Positions 38,015 through 47,126 of a stretch of 64,000 nt of DNA are shown here, in pieces. The position numbers were made by a program, and so were the translations under genes. Origin of the DNA: a virus; the IMG/VR virus record IMGVR_UViG_3300045135_001635, one strand, 5' to 3'. Within the stretch, counting starts at the first letter, position 1, and each line of letters starts with the position of its first letter. Under the pieces are notes generated by a model. That model had not been told where the DNA came from, ran no database searches, and saw nothing but the letters and a program-made list of their open reading frames with translations.

Positions 38015-38722
38015 ATGGCATTACCTAAGTTAAACTCTACACCGAGTTATACAGTGAAAGTACCTTCTACTGGTCAACAAGTTTCATTTAGACCTTTTTT
38101 AGTGAAGGAACAAAAGAATTTATTAATCGCATTAGAGACTCAGGATCGTAAAGATCTACTGAAAGCGATTGTAAAAACGATTGAACATTGTGTAGAAGAT
38201 GAAATTAAATCTCCAATGACAACGGTCGACGTAGATTATCTATTTACTATGATCCGTTCTAAGTCAGTTGGTGAAAATGCCGAGATTTATCTTGAATGTA
38301 GTAACTGCGAAACAGCGAATAAGATAAGTGTAGATTTAGAATCTTTAGAAATAGCAAACTTAGATAAACCAAGTAAAATTGAAATATCAAAAGGCATCAG
38401 CATAAAGATGCGTTGTCCGACCTATATGGAATTTTTAGAAAGTACTGATTTAAGCAAGAGTGAAAGTCAGTCACAACTTATATTCGAACTTGTTATCATA
38501 TGTATGGAAGCAGTCCTTACTGAAGAAGAACGAGTCGCTATCTCAGATGAGAAGCGTGAAGATATAGTTAATTTTTTAGAATCTATGACCGCAGCGCAAT
38601 ATGAGAAGTTGGCGAATTTTATTTTAGAACTTCCATACTTGTATAAAGATATTGAATACAAGTGTACTGAATGCGGAACCGAAAATAAGAAAACACTACA
38701 AGGAATGGACGATTTTTTTTAA
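38015..38722 (+). CDS. gp26: Baseplate hub assembly protein
   Basis: MALPKL..P.Y...VPSTG..V.FRPFLVKEQK.LL, IRSKSVGE, two CxxC motifs, C-terminal GM.DFF. Confidence 0.9.
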   Translation: MALPKLNSTPSYTVKVPSTGQQVSFRPFLVKEQKNLLIALETQDRKDLLKAIVKTIEHCVEDEIKSPMTTVDVDYLFTMIRSKSVGENAEIYLECSNCETANKISVDLESLEIANLDKPSKIEISKGISIKMRCPTYMEFLESTDLSKSESQSQLIFELVIICMEAVLTEEERVAISDEKREDIVNFLESMTAAQYEKLANFILELPYLYKDIEYKCTECGTENKKTLQGMDDFF

Positions 38723-38745
38723 TTAACCTCTCTCATGATAACTTG

Positions 38746-38895
38746 ATGAATTACTATCAAGTTAACTTTCAACTTCTGAATAACTTTAATTATTCGTTAG
38801 ATGAAGTTGAAACAATGATCCCTTGGGAGAGGGAAATATATCTAACTATGTTAATAGATGATATAAAAGAAAAGAACGAACGCGCCAAACAATAA
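38746..38895 (+). CDS. gp51: Baseplate hub assembly chaperone (49 aa; probably also made as a gp26 frameshift fusion)
   Basis: Not in the ORF track. MNYYQVNFQLLNNFNYSLDEVETMIPWEREIYL matches the gp51 pattern. Confidence 0.85.
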   Translation: MNYYQVNFQLLNNFNYSLDEVETMIPWEREIYLTMLIDDIKEKNERAKQ

Positions 38896-38907
38896 AGGTA
38901 ACGACTA

Positions 38908-40527
38908 ATGTCATTAGCAGCTATAGCAAAAATCTTAGAAGAAAGTAACGAGGATTTGATCAGCGTCTTTAACGTTGTTGATGACATTGATAAAAAACTT
39001 ACATCATATATGATTAAAAAGGAACAAGGGGTTCTTGATAAGAAGAACTTCGAGTTTCAACAAGCGCATCTAAATGTATCCACTCAAATATTACGAGTAC
39101 TTAGAGACCCCCAAAAGCCAACAGGCGACGACTTAGAACGTGATAGAGAAGAGAAAGACTTCAACAAACGCTTATTGAAAGCCGTTGAAGCTATTGGAGG
39201 AGGTTCAAAGAAATCTGTAACTAAGAACTATAAAGGAAGTTCTTTTGGTGGCGCTGTTGGTGGAGCGTTGGCTGGCGGTATCGCACTTGGCGGTAAAGGT
39301 ATTGGAGCTGCGGTCGCGTTAGGTTCGTTAGGATTGGGATTAGGTGGGTTCTTCGCGGGATTAGCAGCAGGTGATAAATTAGCTTCAATGGCTAACACCG
39401 ATTTTGGTTCTGTTAAAAAAGGAATGAAGTCATTAGGTGAAGCAATCGCTGAAACGCCAAATAAAGGATTAATTGGAATTGGCGCACTTATGGCGGTTGG
39501 CGCTAAGTTTGGTTCTCTAAAAGGCGCTGCTGGAATGTCAGCACTTGGTTTAGGTATTGGCGGATTCTTTTCAGGTCTTGCTGTTGCTGATAAAGCTGGT
39601 GATATGATGAATATTGACGGCAGTGGCTTAAAAGAACAAATGAAAAACTTCGCCGAAGGTATATCGGCGTTTGATGATAGAAGTTTAATTGCCTTGGCTG
39701 GAGTTATGGCGTTAGGCGGTATTATGGGGACAAGCGCTGTATCAGCTGCCGCAGGAATGACTGCGGTAGGAGCTGGTATAGGTGGGTTCTTTACAGCGCT
39801 TGCGGGTATAGGTGATCTCGGAGCCGAATTCGGTATTGACGGAACTGGTATTAGAGACATGATGGTTAATATCGCTGGTGGTTTGGATAAACTTGCTCAG
39901 TTGAACTATGGAAATCTTCTTGGACTTATTCCAGCAGTATTGGGTCTTGGACCAGCAATGCTCGTTCTACTTGGAAGTAAAGGTTTGAGTAGTATTGGTG
40001 ATGCGATTACAGGCTTCTTTGGTGTAGGTGATAGTGAAGACGATATCTTTAGTAAAGTCGCCAAAGGTCTACAAAAGCTTGAAGTATTAGACGTTAATAA
40101 ACTCAGCGGTCTAACTGCTGTTGCTAATTCTGTAAGAAACTTAGGTGATGGTCTATCTACGTTAGAAGATATAGACTTTGGTGATGTGCGTGACCAATTA
40201 GAAGAGTTAGCAGAAACATTAACTTGGGCAAGTCCTATGTTAAGTGCTATTGATACTTCTGGTATGGATAATACATCATCATTCTTCGACACTGTTAGAC
40301 AAAATGAAGCATTACAACAAAAAACTATGACTATGAGAGCTAACCAAGGTGCGACGTTATCTGAAGGAACGAAGCAAATGGAAGAGAATAGAAATAGAAC
40401 TGCCCCGATCGTAGTTAGCGCACCGACTCAAAATACAAATAACGTAAGTAATTCGTCAACAGCTGTTATGGGTAATGGCGGTATGTCGATGACTGACGCG
40501 TTTGATCCGGGAACACGTAACTGGTAG
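38908..40527 (+). CDS. Tape measure protein, gp29-like
   Basis: Follows gp26/gp51; 539 aa with Gly/Ala-rich hydrophobic repeats (GLGIGGFF x3) and an Asn/Thr-rich tail. Confidence 0.7.
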   Translation: MSLAAIAKILEESNEDLISVFNVVDDIDKKLTSYMIKKEQGVLDKKNFEFQQAHLNVSTQILRVLRDPQKPTGDDLERDREEKDFNKRLLKAVEAIGGGSKKSVTKNYKGSSFGGAVGGALAGGIALGGKGIGAAVALGSLGLGLGGFFAGLAAGDKLASMANTDFGSVKKGMKSLGEAIAETPNKGLIGIGALMAVGAKFGSLKGAAGMSALGLGIGGFFSGLAVADKAGDMMNIDGSGLKEQMKNFAEGISAFDDRSLIALAGVMALGGIMGTSAVSAAAGMTAVGAGIGGFFTALAGIGDLGAEFGIDGTGIRDMMVNIAGGLDKLAQLNYGNLLGLIPAVLGLGPAMLVLLGSKGLSSIGDAITGFFGVGDSEDDIFSKVAKGLQKLEVLDVNKLSGLTAVANSVRNLGDGLSTLEDIDFGDVRDQLEELAETLTWASPMLSAIDTSGMDNTSSFFDTVRQNEALQQKTMTMRANQGATLSEGTKQMEENRNRTAPIVVSAPTQNTNNVSNSSTAVMGNGGMSMTDAFDPGTRNW

Positions 40528-40529
40528 GT

Positions 40530-40555
40530 AAAAAAAGGGATCCCGAAGGATCCCT
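40530..40555 (-). terminator. Intrinsic terminator (UUCG loop) between convergent genes
   Basis: GGGATCC-TTCG-GGATCCC followed by T7 on the minus strand. Confidence 0.9.
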
Positions 40556-40578
40556 AATGACGTCATGGGTGTCAGAAA

Positions 40579-41523
40579 TTAATCTTCTTGAGCCATTTGG
40601 GCGAAGTACGATAAAGTATCATCTTCATCAGCAACAGGAGCCACAGCTGCAGCTGGCGCTGATACGATAGTTGGTTCACTTGCTTCTTTGATAGGAGCAG
40701 TTTCAGCACTTTGAGCTAAACCTTCATTCTTCAACGTAGCACCCGCACCAGTCGCTAAACCGAGTACAGTTTCTAAACGAGCTTTCAACTCATCATAAGT
40801 CTTGAAGTATTTTGGATCATGCGCTCCAGGAAAGTTAGGAGTAATGAATTCATTCAAGTCATAGATAGAATTATATGTCGCTTCTAACTTAGTCTCATCA
40901 GCATCGAATAAGGCACTTGGTGCTTTAAAGCCAGACTTGTCGTAGTTACGATATCCCTCAACTTTACGGATCTTCAATTCGAAGTCAGCACCTTTCCAGA
41001 AATCGAAAGGATTTACTGGTTCTTCACCTGGGAATTCAGGTTGCATTTGATCCATGATTTTATCAAAGATTTTCTTACCGAACTCATAAAGCATTACCTT
41101 ACCATTGTTAGCAGGGTTGCCAGGGTCGTTTACAACTAAGATATTAGTAACATAGTGTAAGCGACGTTTTTGTGTACGAGCTTTTTCTTTATCAGCTTCA
41201 ACACCAGAGTTCCATAGACGTGAGTTCATTTCACCTAACGGATCAGCTTGACCGATAGTTGTAAGAGAACGTTCGATATACCATTGACCAGTTGGTCCTT
41301 TAAAAGCATGATCCCAGTAGCGTACCCAAGGCAGGTCTTGACCTTCACCCGCAGGTAAGAAACGGATTACCGCATAACCATTACCGTTATCGTCAACAGT
41401 TGGTTTCCATTTGCGATCATCTTGGTATTTGTTAGTAGATTTAGTTTGACCAGCTGCTTCGGTAGCAGCAGAAACTAATGATGAGATGTCCATAGATTTG
41501 GACTTTAAATTAGCAAAAGACAT
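40579..41523 (-). CDS. gp32: Single-stranded DNA-binding protein
   Basis: GNGYAVIRFLPA, HAFKGPTGQWYIE.SLTTIG, FGKKIFDKI, NPFDFWKGADF, RNYDKS, acidic tail. Confidence 0.97.
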   Translation of the reverse strand: MSFANLKSKSMDISSLVSAATEAAGQTKSTNKYQDDRKWKPTVDDNGNGYAVIRFLPAGEGQDLPWVRYWDHAFKGPTGQWYIERSLTTIGQADPLGEMNSRLWNSGVEADKEKARTQKRRLHYVTNILVVNDPGNPANNGKVMLYEFGKKIFDKIMDQMQPEFPGEEPVNPFDFWKGADFELKIRKVEGYRNYDKSGFKAPSALFDADETKLEATYNSIYDLNEFITPNFPGAHDPKYFKTYDELKARLETVLGLATGAGATLKNEGLAQSAETAPIKEASEPTIVSAPAAAVAPVADEDDTLSYFAQMAQED

Positions 41524-41602
41524 ATTCTTTTCCTTCGTATAAACTAAAATATTTGTTTTTATTTGTTAAGTATAAATTGCCTATGTGGCATATGTATTTA
41601 TA
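41524..41602 (-). promoter_or_regulatory. gp32 leader: late promoter, short hairpin and A/U-rich unstructured operator
   Basis: TATAAATA at 41595-41602, TGCC-ACATA-GGCA hairpin, then about 50 nt of A/T-rich sequence, resembling the T4 gene 32 autogenous operator. Confidence 0.55.
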
Positions 41603-41852
41603 CGTCTAATGTATTGAGTTTCGGTAAAAAATTTAAAGATCTTGCTTCAGCTTCCAGCTGACTAACGATAGAAGAATTTAAAAACTTCTTCGTATCTTCT
41701 ACTTCCATTTTGTTTTCTTCACATAAGTGGACAATTGCGTCCATGTATGATATATCGTTCTCGTACACAAATAGTTCGACCATACGAGAGAAAGATTTCC
41801 TAGTCAAGAATTCAGCTTTATCTTCATTTTCTTTACGCATCGATAACCTCAA
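41598..41852 (-). CDS. gp33: Late transcription coactivator
   Basis: FS..VE......ISYMDAIVH.CEEN..E.E....L...I...LEAEA..LNFL. Confidence 0.9.
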   Translation of the reverse strand: MRLSMRKENEDKAEFLTRKSFSRMVELFVYENDISYMDAIVHLCEENKMEVEDTKKFLNSSIVSQLEAEARSLNFLPKLNTLDV

Positions 41853-42096
41853 ACGAATTCACGTTTTCAACTTTAAACGAGCGCCATGCTTGTTTGTCAA
41901 TAGCATACGCGCGTACCACTGTTTCATTTACTGAATGCTTCTCGACAGCTACCTTTTCTTCGGTAAAGTCTGGAATAAATTCAGCAGATAAAGTACAGGG
42001 CATCACACGTTTTTCGCCATTAACTTTAGTAAACGTGACTTCGACCACATTAGTACGTAATTGATTAATAATATCATTATATGTTAAAGTAGTCAT
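41833..42096 (-). CDS. WYL_2/Sm-like SH3 protein
   Basis: VTFTKVNGEKRVMPCTL...WRSFKVENV. Confidence 0.8.
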   Translation of the reverse strand: MTTLTYNDIINQLRTNVVEVTFTKVNGEKRVMPCTLSAEFIPDFTEEKVAVEKHSVNETVVRAYAIDKQAWRSFKVENVNSFEVIDA

Positions 42097-42112
42097 AAAG
42101 TCAACCTTTTAT

Positions 42113-42418
42113 TTAGAAACGATCAAATTCTTCATCATCGTTAGATGATACGTCAGCGTCAGCGTGGACATAATCCAAGAACTCAGTACCGCGATCTAAC
42201 AAGATGATTGTAGTTTCTAAACCTTTCAAAGCATCTTCCATATTACCGGAAACTGTCTTATCAACGTCAGCTTTTTGCTGTTCAGTAACATACTGATCTA
42301 ATGTCTCAAGATAGATAATGCGAATAAACTCGCGAGCGATTAATTCTACATCTTCTTGCTTATATTTAGACAAGTCGATTAAGTTTTCTAACTGTTGTTG
42401 TTCAGCCATTAGTTCCAT
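42113..42418 (-). CDS. Hypothetical acidic protein
   Basis: ORF in operon context. Confidence 0.55.
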   Translation of the reverse strand: MELMAEQQQLENLIDLSKYKQEDVELIAREFIRIIYLETLDQYVTEQQKADVDKTVSGNMEDALKGLETTIILLDRGTEFLDYVHADADVSSNDDEEFDRF

Positions 42419-42600
42419 TCCTCTTTAGTTGTGGCTTCAAATGTATCAGTAAATTGAGCCGTTAAGTGATTAGTATCGCCATAAGATATTTCAGACTTAT
42501 AATCCTGTCTATCTATGCGTTCTACATCCATAGCCAGTTTCATGTTAGACTTTAATATCTTATTGTTTTTTTGTACCTTTAGAGCAGCTCGACGAATCAT
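42409..42600 (-). CDS. Hypothetical protein (start probably MIRRAAL at 42600)
   Basis: ORF; a promoter -10 abuts the upstream ATG at 42630. Confidence 0.5.
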   Translation of the reverse strand: MIRRAALKVQKNNKILKSNMKLAMDVERIDRQDYKSEISYGDTNHLTAQFTDTFEATTKEEWN

Positions 42601-42630
42601 CGCGTAACGCAACTCTTTACTGATAGACAT

Positions 42631-42660
42631 ATTATACCCCTTTTTGATTATAAAGTAAAG
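42631..42660 (-). promoter_or_regulatory. sigma70/early promoter TTTACT-17-TATAAT
   Basis: Same hexamers as the early promoter family, with an upstream A tract. Confidence 0.6.
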
Positions 42661-42667
42661 CTTTTTT

Positions 42668-42925
42668 TTAAACTATTTCAGACCATTGTTTAAGTTTTTC
42701 ACGTTTTTGTTCAGCGTACTCTTCAATGTTAGTAAATGAGATTAAATCATATTCCTGACAAAGATTAATCATACACTGAAGGTCGCCAATTTCTTTTTCA
42801 AAACGAACCAAGTTTTCAGGCTGTTGACCGAAGCGCATTATCTTAGCTGCTTCTTGGATAACTTCACCACACTCTTCCATTAAGACCGTAAGCAGTTCGG
42901 TAGAAGATTCATTATACTTTAGCAT
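42668..42925 (-). CDS. MazG-like nucleotide pyrophosphohydrolase
   Basis: LMEECGEVIQEAAK...EKEIGDL. Confidence 0.8.
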   Translation of the reverse strand: MLKYNESSTELLTVLMEECGEVIQEAAKIMRFGQQPENLVRFEKEIGDLQCMINLCQEYDLISFTNIEEYAEQKREKLKQWSEIV

Positions 42926-43079
42926 TCAGCGCTTTCCTTTCAAGTTTATATTGACGACGGAGCCAATGTTTGTAACGATTAAAATAAACAGAACTCGATT
43001 GTTCAGGTTCAATACGATATGATTCAAGTTCTTCAAGATGTTCATACCATTTTTGATTTAGCCAATTTCTAAATGTCAT
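42912..43079 (-). CDS. Small hypothetical protein (55 aa)
   Basis: Below the ORF-track cutoff: MTFRNWLNQKWYEHLEE...YFNRYKHWLRRQY; fills the gap in the operon. Confidence 0.6.
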   Translation of the reverse strand: MTFRNWLNQKWYEHLEELESYRIEPEQSSSVYFNRYKHWLRRQYKLERKALNAKV

Positions 43080-43087
43080 AATATCGC

Positions 43088-43270
43088 CTACAGTTTAATA
43101 ATATTTTTACGCGCTTTAGATTCTTTTATTGTCCAAGTTGAATAACCGTGTTCTTCTACCGCTTTCTCGGCGAACCTTCTTATCTCACTCCATTCGCCCT
43201 CTACAATACCTACAGGAAACGGTTTCCTTTGGGTATGAGTAATATCCAATAATATTACATTACACTTCAT
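43088..43270 (-). CDS. Hypothetical protein
   Basis: ORF coupled to the upstream gene. Confidence 0.5.
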   Translation of the reverse strand: MKCNVILLDITHTQRKPFPVGIVEGEWSEIRRFAEKAVEEHGYSTWTIKESKARKNIIKL

Positions 43271-43710
43271 TTACATTCCTCGTAGACAACGCTCTCAAGG
43301 TTATATGCTTCAATTTCCCAAGGCTGATCTTTATAGTTGACGCCGACGTATTCTTGACCATCAAAGATTTGCTTGGTGGTTAACGCGCCAGGATTATCGT
43401 CACGAAATACAAAACCCTTGTTGACTAAACGACCGCTCGCCATCTGTTGAGCGTGAACTAACTCGTGCGCAATATTAATCATTAGGTCTTTTTTAGGAAT
43501 ACGACCTTCGCCGTCTTGACGTGCTAATTCTACTTCAACGTGTTCGTCGTCGCCGTTACAATAACCGCCCGCACCGCCTGCGCATTCTTTTACAAATTGT
43601 AAATCAAATAAACAATCTTCAAACTCGTCTAAACCTAAGTAATTGTAAACGCGTTCAACGTAGCTGATTAACTTCTTATCTACTGTACCTTCAATTATCA
43701 TATTATACAT
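43267..43710 (-). CDS. Zincin-like metallopeptidase-motif protein
   Basis: AHELVHAQQ (HExxH) and QPWEIEAY. Confidence 0.75.
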   Translation of the reverse strand: MYNMIIEGTVDKKLISYVERVYNYLGLDEFEDCLFDLQFVKECAGGAGGYCNGDDEHVEVELARQDGEGRIPKKDLMINIAHELVHAQQMASGRLVNKGFVFRDDNPGALTTKQIFDGQEYVGVNYKDQPWEIEAYNLESVVYEECK

Positions 43711-43831
43711 TTTTAACCACCTCTTTCAATTCTACGTAAAGAGTTTTGATCGCCCAACCAACGGCGTAAATTGATAGGAAAGTTCCTACTGTTAATAAAG
43801 GTAAATTTTCAGGGGTAAAAAAGTTATTCAT
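43703..43831 (-). CDS. Early small membrane protein (42 aa)
   Basis: MNNFFTPENLPLLTVGTFLSIYAVGWAIKTLYVELKEVVKNV; first gene after an early promoter, with GAGAG RBS. Confidence 0.65.
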   Translation of the reverse strand: MNNFFTPENLPLLTVGTFLSIYAVGWAIKTLYVELKEVVKNV

Positions 43832-43837
43832 AATTTG

Positions 43838-43900
43838 TTCTCTCTCAATTCAATATAAGTATTATACTTGTTTCATAAACAAAAGTAAACACTTTTTTTA
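43838..43900 (-). promoter_or_regulatory. T4-type early promoter with conserved leader
   Basis: A tract-GTTTACT-17-TATAAT-ACTTATATTGAATTGAGAGAG. Confidence 0.85.
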
Positions 43901-44044
43901 ACTTTTTTTAGATTTTTTTACAATTTCTTCATAAGTAAGGTAATCATCAAGATAATCACCCTTCTTACGAGTTTCTTTTTTACGATCAGTCATCACGACA
44001 GCCTTATTGAATTTTTTTAGATTTTTGGCTACTGGATTTCTCAT
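43898..44044 (-). CDS. Small basic protein (48 aa)
   Basis: MRNPVAKNLKKFNKAVVMTDRKK motif common in T4-like phages; GGAG RBS. Confidence 0.6.
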   Translation of the reverse strand: MRNPVAKNLKKFNKAVVMTDRKKETRKKGDYLDDYLTYEEIVKKSKKS

Positions 44045-44089
44045 TCATTTTTCTCCGCATCATTAAGGCACTGTTACTTGTTCTTCTCA

Positions 44090-44599
44090 TTATGCTGCTG
44101 CCTCTACATATTGTAATACGTTTTTGATTGCTGCTTTTTTATCAAACTCAACGTAATCTTTTGCTGTACACTGATAATCTTTTTCAAAAGAACCTACTTC
44201 GATATCAATATAGTGGCTACAATGGAAGTAATCAGTCATTGAGTCGCTTTCGTCAAAGTAATTTTCACCAAGCATTGCGTCTTTTAACTCAACTAAGAAG
44301 TCACGAACAACGCCTTCGTAGTTTTCTTCAATCCAATAAGTGTTAACATCAAAGTAAGCGCGACTTAAACAATATTCTAAGTTACTGATATGATCTGGGT
44401 TAATAGCAACTTCTTTGATAGCGCGTTCTACAGCGTTTTGATTGTAAGCGCCAATAAGATCGACTTCACCAGATTTAAGTTTAACAACAAGCGTAGAATG
44501 GTGCTTCACAGAGATGCTACCTTTCATTTTGTACTTTTTAAGTACCGCTTTGATTCCTACTGCTAATTCTTTTTTCTTTTCTTGTGATACAAAAGCCAT
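44090..44599 (-). CDS. Early hypothetical protein (true start MAFVSQ at 44599)
   Basis: Promoter lies within the longer ORF extension; contains DSMTDYF motif. Confidence 0.7.
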   Translation of the reverse strand: MAFVSQEKKKELAVGIKAVLKKYKMKGSISVKHHSTLVVKLKSGEVDLIGAYNQNAVERAIKEVAINPDHISNLEYCLSRAYFDVNTYWIEENYEGVVRDFLVELKDAMLGENYFDESDSMTDYFHCSHYIDIEVGSFEKDYQCTAKDYVEFDKKAAIKNVLQYVEAAA

Positions 44600-44605
44600 A
44601 ATATA

Positions 44606-44670
44606 TTCTCTCTTTTTCAATTCAATATAAGTATTATACTTGTTTTGATAACAGAAGTAAACACTTTTTT
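44606..44670 (-). promoter_or_regulatory. T4-type early promoter with conserved leader
   Basis: GTTTAC at 44657-44662, TATAAT at 44633-44638, same leader. Confidence 0.85.
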
Positions 44671-44874
44671 TCACTTTTTTTCAAATAAATTTTGATTTTC
44701 CAAATATATTTTTTGAGATACAAGATTAAAGTCATACGGGAACTCAACTTTGCGTTCAATTTGTTGCCGTAGCTTATCGGCTTCAATATCATTCTCAGCT
44801 TTAATCTCTATAGATTGAACGACCGTAGATTTAGATGCCGTCCCTACATGAAAGCGTATTACATAATCAATCAT
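44671..44874 (-). CDS. Hypothetical protein
   Basis: ORF with AAGGA RBS. Confidence 0.55.
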   Translation of the reverse strand: MIDYVIRFHVGTASKSTVVQSIEIKAENDIEADKLRQQIERKVEFPYDFNLVSQKIYLENQNLFEKK

Positions 44875-44883
44875 TTTATTTCC

Positions 44884-45216
44884 TTATCGACGCATGTTCG
44901 CGTGTTCTTTTGCTTCACTCTCATCAATAATAGGAACAGCGTTAGACTTATGCATCGTGCTAATACCTTTCACCAATGTACCAGTATATTTCTTTGACTC
45001 AACTTTAGCTGTACAAACTTCACCTACTACACCAACCGACTGAATAGTAGATGCTTGTAGCGCACCTCTACGTGGCGGTGGCGCTGAGTAGTTAGGAATG
45101 GCGCTATCACCACCCACATAAGTTTTCTTCTTAGTACTCCAAGCGTTGTACTTTTTCTTACGACCGTTTGCGTACGTTCTCATATTACCGTGTATCATAC
45201 TCTTACCTCGAACCAT
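44884..45216 (-). CDS. Conserved T4-like hypothetical protein
   Basis: YTGTLVKGISTMHKSNAVPI motif. Confidence 0.7.
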   Translation of the reverse strand: MVRGKSMIHGNMRTYANGRKKKYNAWSTKKKTYVGGDSAIPNYSAPPPRRGALQASTIQSVGVVGEVCTAKVESKKYTGTLVKGISTMHKSNAVPIIDESEAKEHANMRR

Positions 45217-45755
45217 GAAGGGATAGGACGTTTAGTCCAAGCCATAGTGAATCTATCTTGTTTTGTTTGATAGAAGTTACGGTATGATTGTACCGCGTTT
45301 CCGTCAATAATACAAGCAGGAAATTGCTTCATTGCTAATTTAAATGGTGTAATGCTTTCGGTGCGCTTGATATTTGTAGGTGTCTTAGCAAGCGCTTCCT
45401 CTAACTTAGTTCTTGTAGAGTGAACTTTACCGTAGCGATACTCATACTCTTCACACAACGCAACAAAGTGACGATAGTGCCACTGATAGTTTTTATCAGA
45501 TTCCATAGTCCATACAGTAGAGGGGTGACCTGTATGTACAGACTTATATAATAACCCGTCAAGGTATGGGTCATCTAACTTCCACATTTTCATCTTTCTT
45601 CCGCTACTAGATAACACTATAGTTTGAAACCCGTCGATCATACGATGTGCGGTAGATAACATTTGAGCGGACTCTACTATCATCTTAACAACGTGTTTAT
45701 CGCATTGCTGGATAGCTGACTCTACAGGACACTCACTTAATACAAAAATATTCAT
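45195..45755 (-). CDS. Pyrimidine-dimer glycosylase/endonuclease V family protein
   Basis: MNIFVL...A....CDKHVVKMIVESAQMLSTAH, HPSTVW, EYEYRYGKVH, YRNFY. Confidence 0.8.
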   Translation of the reverse strand: MNIFVLSECPVESAIQQCDKHVVKMIVESAQMLSTAHRMIDGFQTIVLSSSGRKMKMWKLDDPYLDGLLYKSVHTGHPSTVWTMESDKNYQWHYRHFVALCEEYEYRYGKVHSTRTKLEEALAKTPTNIKRTESITPFKLAMKQFPACIIDGNAVQSYRNFYQTKQDRFTMAWTKRPIPSWFEVRV

Positions 45756-45804
45756 AATATAACTCACTCGTTTAGGGTATATTCCCATTTCGCTTACAAG
45801 ATAT

Positions 45805-45834
45805 ATTATATACTATAAAATTAGATTCGTCAAC
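45805..45834 (-). promoter_or_regulatory. sigma70 promoter TTGACG-17-TATAAT
   Basis: Consensus hexamers with an upstream A tract. Confidence 0.75.
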
Positions 45835-45848
45835 AACTTTTTTACAAT

Positions 45849-45856
45849 TATAAATA
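45849..45856 (+). promoter_or_regulatory. T4-type late promoter TATAAATA
   Basis: Exact consensus immediately before the 45862 ATG. Confidence 0.75.
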
Positions 45857-45861
45857 AACCC

Positions 45862-46116
45862 ATGAAAAAAGAACTTTTTGATTTTGGCTTTACCGCCGTC
45901 GACGAAACAGAACTAGAAGCTGCGCAGCAATTAGAGAATGTTTCATCAGAAGCGGAACGTAGTCAAGAAAAACTCGACGAACTTTACAATGCTATCCAGC
46001 CATTGTTAGCTAACCTCAAGATGAACCCTGAAAAGGAATACATCTTATGGCCAGATAGACTTGAAAAGATTGAACAGTTTGAAGAATATATTCTAAAAAT
46101 CTACAAAGGAAACTAA
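45862..46116 (+). CDS. Conserved late hypothetical protein
   Basis: FDFGFTAVDE...LYNAIQPLLANLK.NPEKEYILWPDR. Confidence 0.7.
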   Translation: MKKELFDFGFTAVDETELEAAQQLENVSSEAERSQEKLDELYNAIQPLLANLKMNPEKEYILWPDRLEKIEQFEEYILKIYKGN

Positions 46117-46117
46117 C

Positions 46118-46975
46118 ATGTTTTTTAACCTATTAAACGAACAAATCTTACGTGACGTACCAAGTGATAGCGCTGTCCTACAGTACGTTTACGGAGAAGA
46201 GAAAGAAGGGATCGCACGAAAGGTCAACGGTCAAATTGAAGCTGACCTTCAAGCAAATGGCGATTATCTTATGTACAAAAACGCTGAAACGAATGCTGTT
46301 GAAGAAGCGTTGAACCGTGCGCCAATGTACTTAAACTTATTAAAGCACCGTGGATACAAGAACATCCTTTTCGTTGGTCACTATAACACTGGACAATATC
46401 AGTGGATCTTAGAGTCACGTATGGATCGTGTTGTTGACGTAATGCCATTAGAGCGTTCTAACGAATCTACTTTAGTAGATCCTAACATCGTTCTACAGTT
46501 CTTACCATTAGTATGTAAAGCGTTTGCTTACAAAGGTGAGTTCAGTGTCGTAAAACCTCGTGAGTCTCGCTTCCGTGGTATTATGCATTCTTTATATCAA
46601 CAAAATGGTTTAACACCTCATTACGTAGAATCAAGCGTACAATACCGTCACGGTATGTCTGACGTTCAGTTTGCTACTGATAAGAAGTTTGACGCTGTTG
46701 TATTCTTGGGTGTACCTAAACACGAAGGCAACTCATTCACTAAAGCGCAAGTTGAAAGTGTATTTGGTGGTATGTTAGCTGAAGGTGCTGAGTTCGTAGA
46801 TTTATACTATGGACCAACAACTGAAGGTAAGTTTGAAGGTTCAGAACAGAAAGATATTACTGAGCACTTAGACTTTACTTTTGCGGTACGTTCTGCTTGG
46901 GATGATTCTGTCCAGAAAGATGACGGTCGTCCAGAAGAATATGAGATTATGAAACGAACTGTTTCAGTCTACTAA
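46118..46975 (+). CDS. Late hypothetical protein (possibly virion-associated, Rossmann-like)
   Basis: 285-aa ORF with highly expressed-type codons; KNILFVG and KFDAVVFLG strands. Confidence 0.55.
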   Translation: MFFNLLNEQILRDVPSDSAVLQYVYGEEKEGIARKVNGQIEADLQANGDYLMYKNAETNAVEEALNRAPMYLNLLKHRGYKNILFVGHYNTGQYQWILESRMDRVVDVMPLERSNESTLVDPNIVLQFLPLVCKAFAYKGEFSVVKPRESRFRGIMHSLYQQNGLTPHYVESSVQYRHGMSDVQFATDKKFDAVVFLGVPKHEGNSFTKAQVESVFGGMLAEGAEFVDLYYGPTTEGKFEGSEQKDITEHLDFTFAVRSAWDDSVQKDDGRPEEYEIMKRTVSVY

Positions 46976-46982
46976 AAACAAG

Positions 46983-47009
46983 AAGGGAGCTTAATCGCTC
47001 CCTTTTTTA
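46983..47009 (+). terminator. Intrinsic terminator
   Basis: AAGGGAGC-loop-GCTCCCTT followed by a T run. Confidence 0.85.
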
Positions 47010-47126
47010 TAACCACGCCGAAATTAAAATCGCTATACACATCCATATGATGACGTTAGGGTAATATGCCCAAGCTGTTTTAAAATCAATTGCCGTCAAT
47101 TTTATAAAATCAATTACTTTCTTCAT
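47007..47126 (-). CDS. Small membrane protein (39 aa)
   Basis: MKKVIDFIKLTAIDFKTAWAYYPNVIIWMCIAILISAWL with GAGGA RBS. Confidence 0.55.
   Translation of the reverse strand: MKKVIDFIKLTAIDFKTAWAYYPNVIIWMCIAILISAWL

Noticed and set aside
39228-40292. Minus-strand ORFs inside the tape measure gene
   Set aside because: Antisense shadows of Gly/Ala-rich coding sequence.
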